Part shown: one piece after another, positions 56,420 through 64,000 of the stretch
Numbering within the stretch: the stretch's first letter is position 1
How the letters are laid out: each line of letters begins with the position of its first letter
Assembly (NCBI GenBank): GCA_038062835.1
Contig: JBBTWH010000009.1
Coordinates: forward strand, 8,257-72,256
Direction of reading: 5' to 3'
From: Patescibacteria group bacterium
Lineage (GTDB): Bacteria > Patescibacteriota > Patescibacteriia > SG8-24 > DYFX01
DNA: 64,000 nt
Position numbers and translations under genes: made by a program
The notes under the pieces: model-generated
What the model was told of the DNA's origin: nothing
What the model saw: the letters and a program-made list of their open reading frames with translations, nothing else
Databases searched by the model: none

Positions 56420-57127
56420 CTACTTGCGAACGAACAGGAACCGGCGGCTCGCAATCCACCTGCCGTCGACCGGGAAGCCGTCGAGGAGGCGCCTGCCGTC
56501 ATCGGCGCACAGCACCGCGACGTAGCGGAGGCCGACGTCGCCCAGCGCGGACGAGCCGCAGGCGACGATCCAGAACTGCAGCTGCAGCTCGGGGTGGGCC
56601 TTGGCGAACTCGTAGGCCTCCTTGTGAGTCGCCGGACGGTAGCCGTTCTTCTGACCCCAGGCGATCGCCTCCTCGTCATCCATCGAGCGTCCGAAGTCCT
56701 TCGTGAGGAAGACTTTCTCGCCGGGGGTTTCATCCATGTCGACGCAGGAGGCGTGCTTCTTCCACTCGCGTCCGTCGAAGAGACTGGAGACGCCGCCCTT
56801 GGAGAACTCCTCCTCGAGCTGGCGCATGGGCGGGAGCGGGGCGTAGGTGATTGTGACGCGGTAGTGGTCGAGCGGGAGCGGCTCGGACGGCATGCCGCGA
56901 TAGCGGTGGTCGCCAGTCTGTTGGACCGGCTTCGACTGCTCCGCGAGCCAGTCTGCGTAGGCCAGGTCGGCGATCTTGCCGAGCGTCGTCCTGCCGCCCG
57001 CAGTCACGAGCCGATAGATGGCCGCGAAGGGCACCGCCTTCTCACGGACCACATCCATCAAACCAGTCGCGAATCCCATGAAATAACCGACACCCGTCTC
57101 GATCTCGGACACGTTTCGCTTCGCCAT
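56420..57127 (-). CDS. hypothetical protein (235 aa)
   Basis: ATG at 57127, 6 nt after the RBS AAGGAGA. Upstream promoter -35 TTGACA (57239-57244), -10 TTATGT. Followed by a hairpin terminator ccgcgtgagacg/cgtctcacgcgg at about 56349-56375. Confidence 0.55.
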   Translation of the reverse strand: MAKRNVSEIETGVGYFMGFATGLMDVVREKAVPFAAIYRLVTAGGRTTLGKIADLAYADWLAEQSKPVQQTGDHRYRGMPSEPLPLDHYRVTITYAPLPPMRQLEEEFSKGGVSSLFDGREWKKHASCVDMDETPGEKVFLTKDFGRSMDDEEAIAWGQKNGYRPATHKEAYEFAKAHPELQLQFWIVACGSSALGDVGLRYVAVLCADDGRRLLDGFPVDGRWIASRRFLFVRK

Positions 57128-57298
57128 GTGCATTCTCCTTGCGTTTGGCTTGCCCCTCATCCCGCACTATGCGAGACCCCAGGCTTGCCGTGAAAGGTAC
57201 TGACTGTGATGCACACATAAGCATAAATATGCAGTTTTGTCAAGTATTCTTGACTGTTTGGCCTGCCGCGCCCCAGCCCCGCGCCCTCCTCGCTCAAC

Positions 57299-57332
57299 AC
57301 GTCAAAACTTCACGATCGTGAACTTTTGACGT
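57299..57332. promoter_or_regulatory. 34-bp near-perfect palindrome ACGTCAAAACTTCACGATCGTGAACTTTTGACGT (core TTCACGATCGTGAA) abutting the stop of the 57332..57850 gene
   Basis: One mismatch between the arms. The same 14-bp core recurs at 57854-57867. Confidence 0.7.
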
Positions 57333-57850
57333 CATGTTTCTACGATCTGAATCCAAGCTCCGAGTCGCCGCCGTGAAACCCATCTCTTCAGCAACGCCGC
57401 GACGTCTCGTTCCGTCACCCAGACGCTCCGCTGATGGAGTCTGAATCCGGCCATCTTCAGCCAAGTACGCACCGCATCACGTGCCGTTCGATGCCGCTCC
57501 GGAATGTCGTACATGACATATGTCCGCCCGCCGTCTTCCCGACGTTTCGCCGCGCGGACCTGAAGCTTCAGGAACGATTCGTGGCCGCGATCCGTCAGCA
57601 TCGCGACAATCCTTTTCCCGATCCTCCGCTCGACCAACAATTTGCGGCGTCGAAGTTCGACATAGCGCTGACGCAGCGCCGCCTTCTCATCGTACTCCGC
57701 CACGCGCCGCATGCCGGCGAGCCCGTCGCGCAGGAACGCCTTGCGGTATTTCCCGTTCAGCTCGAAATACAGCATGCCATCGGCGACAGTCGACAACACG
57801 TCTAAAGTCCGGCGGCCGGCCTTGCCCAAGCTTTGAATCAAGCGCGTCAT
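57332..57850 (-). CDS. putative small DNA-binding regulator (172 aa) with a Cas2/VapD-like C-terminal motif
   Basis: ATG MTRLIQSLGKAGRRTLDVL. C-terminus YVMYDIPERHRTARDAVRTWLKMAGFRLHQRSVWV resembles the Cas2 pattern YDV..R...V...L..G.R.Q.SVF. The palindromic core lies 4 nt upstream of the ATG. The track ORF starts at TTG 57874, which would place the palindrome in-frame. Confidence 0.5.
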   Translation of the reverse strand: MTRLIQSLGKAGRRTLDVLSTVADGMLYFELNGKYRKAFLRDGLAGMRRVAEYDEKAALRQRYVELRRRKLLVERRIGKRIVAMLTDRGHESFLKLQVRAAKRREDGGRTYVMYDIPERHRTARDAVRTWLKMAGFRLHQRSVWVTERDVAALLKRWVSRRRLGAWIQIVET

Positions 57851-57853
57851 TTG

Positions 57854-57867
57854 TTCACGATCGTGAA
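57854..57867. promoter_or_regulatory. second copy of the TTCACGATCGTGAA palindrome at the 5' end of the 57332..57850 gene
   Basis: Identical 14-mer. The flanks are similar to the 57299 copy (gcgtcatttg / acgtcaaaag). Confidence 0.7.
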
Positions 57868-57959
57868 GATTCAACGTCGTATCGCGTGAGCACTACAGAA
57901 GTCGGCCTGCGGATGTCAATCCCATGCATGAAAAAAGACCCCCCAGCGAGGCTGGGAGG

Positions 57960-60900
57960 TCAGTCGAAGGCTCCTGCGCCGAAGTCGGCTGAGGGAGCGG
58001 TGAGGTAGGCGTCGGGCATCTTGCCGCGCTGGAACGGGAGGAGGACAGGAGTCCCCTCGCGCCGCTCGCCTTGATCGACGAGCGTGACGTCGTCCGGAAT
58101 CGGAAAGTCGCGCGCCGGTGCGGCATCCGTGACCGGATACGCCGCTTCCATGAATCCCTCCCAGATGGGCAGGGCGACGGAGCCGCCGGTGGCTTCCTTG
58201 GCGATCGGATCCGGAGTCATGCGCCCGACCCAGACGCCCACGGCCAGGTCGGCCGTGCCGCCCATGAACCAGACGTCGCGGAAGCTGTTGGTCGTGCCGG
58301 TCTTGCCGGCGACCGGACGGCGCAGGCGTTTGGCGCGCGTGCCGGTGCCGAACTCGACGACGCCCTTCATCAGGTGCGTCATGGCGTAGGCGTCCCCCGA
58401 TGGGACGGCCTGCCACGACGGCTGGACCTTGGACTCGTACAGGACGTTCTCCTCGATCGTGCCGTCCGGACGGCGGCGGCGTTCGCTTACCTTGGTGACG
58501 AAGAGCCCCGGGGCGCCGCTGGAGTGCTGGACCGGCAGCGCCTTTCCGTTGGCGAGGATCGCGGCGTACCCGGCGGTGTGCTCGAGGAGCGTGAGCTCCG
58601 GAGAGCCGACCGCGATCGGGAAGACGCGTTCGATCTTCGACTTGACCCCGAGCGCGCGGATCGTGCCGAGGGCCTGGTCGAGGCCGACTTCGACGAGAAG
58701 TCGGACGGAGACCGAGTTCAGCGACTTCGCCAGCGCCGTCATGAGATCGACGTTGCCGTAGTAGGCGCGGAAGCCCGGCTTGTGGTTGTCGTAGTTCGTC
58801 GGGCACCAGAGGCCGGAGGCCGTCTGGATGCAGACCGGCTTATCGTCGACCCTCGAGACCACCGTCTCGCCCTTCATCAGGGCCGAGAGGTAGATGTAGG
58901 GCTTGATCGACGAGCCGGTCTGGCGGCGCGACTGCGTGGCGATGTCGAACTGGATCTCGCTCCAGTCGTAGCCGCCGACGATGGCGACGATCTCGCCGGT
59001 CGACGGTTCGATGGCCACGAGCCCGGCTTGCAGGGCCTGGTGCTGAGCGTCGCCCTTTGCGTCCGGTCCGCCGGTGCGCCTGGCAGTCAGCGCGTAGCGC
59101 GCGTCCCGGCCTTCGTCGTCCTTGCGGGTCTCGACGCGCACGGTCATGAAGTCTCCGATGCGGACCGAACGCCCCGGCTTGGCGCTTTCCCAGCTCCCGA
59201 CGCGTTTGACGTCGTCCGGGTCGAGCTGGAAGCGGTTGCCGCGGACGCAGAGCGTGAGAGATCCCTTATCGCGCGCGACGACGCGGGCGTTGGGTTCGAT
59301 GGCGTTGTCGGCCACCCATTCGGCGGGAGGATCGCAGCGGTCGCCCGCCGCTTCGTCGCGCCCTTCCGGGCCGGCGAAGCCGAGACGCCGTTCGAGATCG
59401 AGTAAGCCGTAGCGGACGGCCGCCTGCGCCTTCTCCTGGAGGTCCAGGTCGAAGGTCGTGCGGATCAGCAGCCCGCGCTTATAGACCGCGTCATAGCCGT
59501 AAGTCTTCTCGGCAAAGCGCCGGACTTCCTCGCAGGCGTACGGAGCGGCCGTCGCGTTCAGCTGATGTGACTGGCGGATGATGACGATATCTTCGGCGAC
59601 GGCGGCGTCGTGATCGACGCGCGTGATGGAACCGAGTTCCCACATGCGTCCGAGCACGTAGCGCTGCCGCATCTTGGCGCGATCGAAGTGTCCGTCCGGA
59701 GAATCGATGGCGGGCGCCTTCGGAAGGCCCGCCAGGATGGCGGCTTCCGCCAGCGAAAGGTCCTTGGCGCTTTTGCCGAAGTAGCCTTGCGAGGCCGCTT
59801 CGACGCCGTAGAGACCTTTGCCGAGGTAGACGTGGTTCAGGTAGACCTCGAGGATCTGTTCCTTCGCCCCGCGCCGCCCATACTTGGCGGCCATCTGCTT
59901 CTCGAGCCGCACGGCCAGCAGGATCTCGGAGATCTTGCGTTCGTAGCTCTTGCTCGAGTCTTTCAGGATGATCTGCTTGATCATCTGCTGGTCGAGGGTC
60001 GACGCCCCCTGGCTCGTGCCGTCGGTGAAGTTGGACTTCGCCGCGCGCGCGATGCCGATAGGGTCGACGCCGTCGTGTTCCCAGAACCGCTGGTCCTCGG
60101 CGCCGATGAAGGCGTCGCGGACGTGCACGGGGATTTCGGACAGCGGGACGTAGATGCGGTTCTCGAGCGTGAACGCGCACATCCGGCGTCCTTTGCGGTC
60201 TAGGGCGACCGTCGAGACGACCGGCTGGTAAGCGGACACGCCGGAGAGATCCTGGGTCTTGCCGGCGATGAAATCCTCGGCCATGCCCGAAAGCGCGGCG
60301 ACGGAGATCATCGTGACGGAGGCGAGGCCGGTCCAGAATGTCCGCGTGAACGTGAAGCGCTCCCCCGCTTCGGCCTGGCGGCCGTCCGGAAGGACGACCG
60401 TGATCGTCTTGCGCACGCGTTCCACGCTGTAGAACGGCTTCCGCTGGAAGATCCGGCGGGACTGTTCCTGGCGCGCCGTCGACGGCCTCGTGACCGTGAA
60501 GATCCAGCGGGGCGGGGCGCGGCGCAGGTACGGCTGGCCGGCCAAGATCGCGGCGACGGTGAAGACCGTCGGAGCGATACAGGCGAGCGGGATGCGCACG
60601 TCATCGAGAAAGCCCCACGGCGCGGAGATCCAGTTGCCGCCGAGCCACTTCTCGACCGCGGCATAGAGCCACAGGTCGATGAACGCGACGCCGGCGATCC
60701 AGGCTGACGCGCGGACCCATGCTATGGGCCGGTTCCATTCCGGAGGCATCCGCATGCGCTGTCGCAGCAGGAACTCCTCCGTCTTGAATGAGGCGCCAGC
60801 GACACTGAGCGCCGCGGCGAGCGCCGCGGCCCCGACCGCTTCGCAGGCGAGTCCAAGCCAGGCGTAATCGCCCGACCACTTGACGTTCGCGTACGCGAGC

Positions 60901-61190
60901 GCGCCGCTGGCGGTGACGCCAGCCGACCAGGCCAGCGCGCGGAAAGCGCGGAACTTCCATAGGAAGCGGGACGCGCTGGCGACGAGCCAGGCCGCGAGCC
61001 GATAGATCCTCCAGCACGCCAAAACGGCGGGCACCGAAGCGGTCGCGAGCGCGCCGGCCAGGAAGAATCCCGCGCCGAGGTTGCTGGCGACCGAGAAGGT
61101 CGCCGTGAGCATTGATGCGACCAGGACCCATAGGATGAGTACCCGGATGGCGAGCGACGTCTCTTCGACGAACCTTTTGAGCTTCTTCAT
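57960..61190 (-). CDS. class A penicillin-binding protein (PBP1A-type transglycosylase/transpeptidase) with a roughly 270-aa polytopic N-terminal extension
   Basis: GT51 motifs (RDAFIGAEDQRFWEHDGVD, GASTLDQQ). TPase SSIK, SLN, KTGTT. Six or seven predicted TM helices precede the usual anchor. Confidence 0.88.
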   Translation of the reverse strand: MKKLKRFVEETSLAIRVLILWVLVASMLTATFSVASNLGAGFFLAGALATASVPAVLACWRIYRLAAWLVASASRFLWKFRAFRALAWSAGVTASGALAYANVKWSGDYAWLGLACEAVGAAALAAALSVAGASFKTEEFLLRQRMRMPPEWNRPIAWVRASAWIAGVAFIDLWLYAAVEKWLGGNWISAPWGFLDDVRIPLACIAPTVFTVAAILAGQPYLRRAPPRWIFTVTRPSTARQEQSRRIFQRKPFYSVERVRKTITVVLPDGRQAEAGERFTFTRTFWTGLASVTMISVAALSGMAEDFIAGKTQDLSGVSAYQPVVSTVALDRKGRRMCAFTLENRIYVPLSEIPVHVRDAFIGAEDQRFWEHDGVDPIGIARAAKSNFTDGTSQGASTLDQQMIKQIILKDSSKSYERKISEILLAVRLEKQMAAKYGRRGAKEQILEVYLNHVYLGKGLYGVEAASQGYFGKSAKDLSLAEAAILAGLPKAPAIDSPDGHFDRAKMRQRYVLGRMWELGSITRVDHDAAVAEDIVIIRQSHQLNATAAPYACEEVRRFAEKTYGYDAVYKRGLLIRTTFDLDLQEKAQAAVRYGLLDLERRLGFAGPEGRDEAAGDRCDPPAEWVADNAIEPNARVVARDKGSLTLCVRGNRFQLDPDDVKRVGSWESAKPGRSVRIGDFMTVRVETRKDDEGRDARYALTARRTGGPDAKGDAQHQALQAGLVAIEPSTGEIVAIVGGYDWSEIQFDIATQSRRQTGSSIKPYIYLSALMKGETVVSRVDDKPVCIQTASGLWCPTNYDNHKPGFRAYYGNVDLMTALAKSLNSVSVRLLVEVGLDQALGTIRALGVKSKIERVFPIAVGSPELTLLEHTAGYAAILANGKALPVQHSSGAPGLFVTKVSERRRRPDGTIEENVLYESKVQPSWQAVPSGDAYAMTHLMKGVVEFGTGTRAKRLRRPVAGKTGTTNSFRDVWFMGGTADLAVGVWVGRMTPDPIAKEATGGSVALPIWEGFMEAAYPVTDAAPARDFPIPDDVTLVDQGERREGTPVLLPFQRGKMPDAYLTAPSADFGAGAFD

Positions 61191-61264
61191 GATGTTCGCT
61201 TCCCCCGTCGAAATTGTGCAAAGACCTTGTTTTTCAGGGTCCTTGTGGATCTGAAAACACCATC

Positions 61265-61324
61265 GGTATACGCCAAACCGGCCTTTTTGTCAATGAAAAG
61301 ACCCTGCACGGTATGGTGCAGGGT
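61265..61324 (-). promoter_or_regulatory. terminator-promoter module: hairpin accctgcac..gtgcagggt + T4 (end of the TPR gene), then -35 TTGACA (61289-61294), 18 nt, -10 TATACC (61265-61270) for PBP1A
   Basis: Read on the minus strand: tgaccctgcaccataccgtgcagggtcttttcaTTGACAaaaaggccggtttggcgTATACC. Confidence 0.55.
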
Positions 61325-63540
61325 CAGAGATCATGCTGGATGACGATGTTCAAACCTTCGTGGAACCAGGTATTCCGCAATGGCGTGCCCAGCTTGCCGC
61401 ATTCTTCCGCGCGCTCCTTGGTGGGAAGGCAAAAGGCATGGTCGCCGAGCGTCGTGGCGTAGGTCTGGAGCTTGCCGGGCTCGATCGTCGGCTCGAACGG
61501 CTTGCCGTCAAGCACGAGCACGTAGTCGCGGCGCCCATTGTTCTCTATCGAGAACTTCACGACGCGGCGGGCGTCCGTCGGAACGACCGGCGATATGCCG
61601 GACATGTCCCTGGGCTTCGGCTCCGGCATGGTCACGACGCGCTTCAGGTTGCGTTCCCTGATAGCGTCGATCGAGGCGACGGGCGTCTCGGAAGGAGAGA
61701 CGCTGCAGCCATGCTTCGCGAGCAACGGCTTCAGTTCCTCGTATCCCGTCCGCATCTCGCGCAGGTCCCGGAGCGCGATGCCTTCATAGCGCAGGAGATC
61801 TTCCGCGAGCGCGAGCTCGTCCGGCGTCAACGCCTCGCCTTCGCCGTTCTTGAGCGAGGCGCGCAGGACACGGACGCCCTGCTGCAGATCGGCGCCGTAA
61901 GCGGCGTATGCCCGGCCATTCTCCCGGGCGAGCAGGTAGGCCGATCCGGCACGTCCCGGCTCGCAGGCGGCCTTCTTGTTCCACGAAAGGTCCCAGACGC
62001 CGTCGCTGACGGCGAGCTGGAATTCCGCGCGGAGACGTTCCATGTCGTCGCGGCCGGTACCGACGGCGCGGACGCTCGACACGAGAGCGAGACCGAAGAC
62101 GATCTCCTGTCCGCTCCAGCGGGCGTCCTTCGGCGCGAGCGCCTTCGCTTCCGCGTAGGCCTGCGCGGCATCGTCCTTGCGGCCGAGTCCGAGCAGGAGG
62201 TCGGCGCGGAACTTACGCAGGCGCGGCTCCGTCTTGAAACGAGGTTCGGCCATGGCATATGCGTCGATCGCGGCTTCTTCCTTGCCGGCGGCCCGGAGGC
62301 AGGCGGCGAGAAGGAAGACGGCGTCGATGTCATCGGGTTCGCCGTCGACGACGACGGCGAGTTCCTTGGCGGCGTCCGCGTAGCGGCGCTGTCCGGCGTA
62401 TAGTCCGGCCAGCGCCCGATGAGCGTCGAACTTCGCCGGATCCAGCTCGCGACTGCGTTCGTAGCGCGCGATGGCCTCGGCGACATCGCCGAGTTTCGCG
62501 TGCGCTTCTCCGAGCCAGAAGTGGATGACGGCGTCGTCGGGCCGAAGCGCGACGGCGGCGCTGAGCGCTGAGCGCCCCGCGTCGTACTGCCCTTCGGCTA
62601 TCTCGACGCGGCCGAGCGCGACGAGCGCGCGGACGTCGCCGGGATCGCGGGCGAGGGCTTCGCCGAACTGCTTGCGCGCCGCGATGGCCATGCCTCGCTG
62701 CCAGAGCAGCCAGGCATAGAGCCTGAGGCCGATCTGATAGTCGGGATAGATGCGGACGGCGGATTCGGCTTTCTTGAGAGCGATCTTCATCCCCTCCTCG
62801 TCGGAGTCCGACTCGGACCCCGATCCGTGGCTGAGCAGCAGTTCGCGGTATGCCTCTGAGAGGCGGATGAACGCGACGATGTCCGGCGTCTGCGGAGTGG
62901 AGAGAGCCTTGACGGCCTCGTCCGGAAGGACAATGCCGCCCTCGGCGAACACGGACGCCGCGAGCGTGCCGAACATGGCATGAATGGCCGGCGATTGGAC
63001 GCCGGCGCGCTCAGGCTTGGGCACGTCCTTGGACCACGCGAATATCTTCCGCGTCTCCTCGCGCGTGCCGACCGCGATCAGCGCGTCCGGACCAACCTCG
63101 TACAGCTCGACGGCCAGCGACCACTCCTCGACGCGGCCGCCGTAGCTGCCGGTCAGGACATGGGTCGCTCCGGCGCGCTTCGCTTCCGCATGGACCGCGG
63201 CGGCGTCGACCGCTGCGCGTCGCTCGGCGCGAAGCCGCGCGGCTTCCGCCGGATAGGCGTGCGGTCCGACGACCGCCTCGACCTTCAGGCCCTTGGCGGG
63301 ATCGAGCGAGCGCGATAGCTCCTCGAAGCGCGCCGTAGCGAAAACCGCGAGCCCTATCGAGACGTAGGCCGTCTCGTCATGGGAATTGCGGTCCTGGAAC
63401 GGCACGACCAGCACGCGAACGGTCCGCGGCGGCGAGGCTTCGACCTTGGGCTTCTCGGCAGGGACGCTTTTGGAATCGTCCGAACCGCAGGCCGCGAGGG
63501 CGAATACGAGCGGAATCAAGCTTAAAAAGGACTTGAGCAT
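61324..63540 (-). CDS. TPR-repeat lipoprotein (738 aa)
   Basis: Lipoprotein signal MLKSFLSLIPLVFALAAC (lipobox LAAC). Many TPR-like helical repeats in the middle (AEA.A.YE.A..LDP.). Distinct N- and C-terminal domains. Confidence 0.7.
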   Translation of the reverse strand: MLKSFLSLIPLVFALAACGSDDSKSVPAEKPKVEASPPRTVRVLVVPFQDRNSHDETAYVSIGLAVFATARFEELSRSLDPAKGLKVEAVVGPHAYPAEAARLRAERRAAVDAAAVHAEAKRAGATHVLTGSYGGRVEEWSLAVELYEVGPDALIAVGTREETRKIFAWSKDVPKPERAGVQSPAIHAMFGTLAASVFAEGGIVLPDEAVKALSTPQTPDIVAFIRLSEAYRELLLSHGSGSESDSDEEGMKIALKKAESAVRIYPDYQIGLRLYAWLLWQRGMAIAARKQFGEALARDPGDVRALVALGRVEIAEGQYDAGRSALSAAVALRPDDAVIHFWLGEAHAKLGDVAEAIARYERSRELDPAKFDAHRALAGLYAGQRRYADAAKELAVVVDGEPDDIDAVFLLAACLRAAGKEEAAIDAYAMAEPRFKTEPRLRKFRADLLLGLGRKDDAAQAYAEAKALAPKDARWSGQEIVFGLALVSSVRAVGTGRDDMERLRAEFQLAVSDGVWDLSWNKKAACEPGRAGSAYLLARENGRAYAAYGADLQQGVRVLRASLKNGEGEALTPDELALAEDLLRYEGIALRDLREMRTGYEELKPLLAKHGCSVSPSETPVASIDAIRERNLKRVVTMPEPKPRDMSGISPVVPTDARRVVKFSIENNGRRDYVLVLDGKPFEPTIEPGKLQTYATTLGDHAFCLPTKERAEECGKLGTPLRNTWFHEGLNIVIQHDL

Positions 63541-63558
63541 GGATCTCCTCCCAGCGAA

Positions 63559-63623
63559 GGTCTACTCCGAAAACCGGTTCTTGTCAATGAAAAAATCCCC
63601 TTCCGCTTGCAGCTTCAGGGGAT
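63559..63623 (-). promoter_or_regulatory. terminator-promoter module: hairpin tcccc..gggga + T6 ending the upstream gene, then -35 TTGACA (63583-63588), 18 nt, -10 TAGACC for the TPR lipoprotein gene
   Basis: Read on the minus strand: ccatcccctgaagctgcaagcggaaggggattttttcaTTGACAagaaccggttttcggagTAGACC. Confidence 0.5.
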
Positions 63624-63989
63624 GGATTCGCGGTCGTCGAGATCGATGACAGCGTGGGTACGGGCGCAGAGCGTCAGGGCACCGGCCTCGTTGCCATCGA
63701 ACACGGAGCCGAGGATGCGCGCGAAATGCACGCTTTCGCCGACGAACTGGATGTGACCGACAAGGTCACCGTCGTCATCGCGCCAGAGGAACTCGCGCAA
63801 GACGCGGCCCGGCTTGATGGCACCGTCAGTCATATGCCGCTCCGTGAGGTCGCAGGCGTCCAGGACGGCGCAGGCCTCATCGAATGAGACGGCGCGCGAC
63901 AGCTTACGATGACGCTTCCAGTCGTTCTGAAGCGCCGTCCGAAGCAGTTCTTCCGTCTCCGGATCGAGCTGGCCGCTCAGCCGCCGCAT
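63615..63989 (-). CDS. hypothetical protein (124 aa), start close to the window edge
   Basis: ORF track. The stop is embedded in the terminator hairpin. Confidence 0.45.
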   Translation of the reverse strand: MRRLSGQLDPETEELLRTALQNDWKRHRKLSRAVSFDEACAVLDACDLTERHMTDGAIKPGRVLREFLWRDDDGDLVGHIQFVGESVHFARILGSVFDGNEAGALTLCARTHAVIDLDDRESIP

Positions 63990-64000
63990 GAGGACGATGG

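Noticed and set aside
57332-57874. CRISPR-associated Cas2 call for the small regulator
   Set aside because: Only a local Cas2/VapD-like motif at the C-terminus of a larger protein. No cas1, no repeat array, and no other cas genes within 64 kb.

Overview
64 kb, about 65% GC, gene-dense bacterial chromosomal fragment. No rRNA, CRISPR array or obvious mobile element. From about 17.9 kb to the end almost every gene is on the minus strand, and many adjacent genes overlap by ATGA, so there are long operons. Gene content is reduced-genome-like (short YidC, short HrcA, single-domain response regulators, PilM fused to a PilN-like segment, giant pilus proteins), possibly a Patescibacteria/CPR-like organism despite the high GC; this lineage guess is low confidence.

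Main blocks, in order:
1. Window start: a 3'-truncated minus-strand gene for a membrane-anchored protein that the ORF track misses.
2. cysS.
3. A 1272-aa secreted fibre-like protein with a C-terminal peptidase-S74-type intramolecular-chaperone domain.
4. A heat-shock locus: dnaJ, a Cys-rich zinc-finger protein on the opposite strand, a GIY-YIG protein, dnaK, hsp20, a membrane J-domain protein, grpE with an N-terminal zinc ribbon, and hrcA with a CIRCE operator. The locus is peppered with a GC-rich palindromic repeat family, one copy lying in-frame inside grpE.
5. A DUF3592-like membrane protein, a P-type ATPase, an SPFH protein, YidC, Dus, a GAF protein, DoxX and tRNA-Glu(CUC).
6. A Ser/Thr kinase, murF, ftsI and a hypothetical protein with calcium-binding-type repeats, then rarA and tRNA-Pro(CGG).
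7. A 12 kb type IV pilus locus: two major pilins, a PilM-N fusion, three pseudopilins, a 1405-aa prepilin-anchored adhesin built from three tandem Ycf48-like beta-propeller modules, pilC and pilB. It is preceded in the same operon by two receiver proteins and three sensor proteins, one histidine kinase carrying an apparent frameshift.
8. Glycoside hydrolase, glycosyltransferase, Smr, another histidine kinase, a phosphatase, a small putative regulator bracketed by TTCACGATCGTGAA palindromes, a PBP1A with a polytopic N-terminal extension, and a TPR lipoprotein.

Several sigma70-like promoters (TTGACAAAA-N-TATCCT type) and many rho-independent terminators can be read directly. Some are combined terminator-promoter modules.
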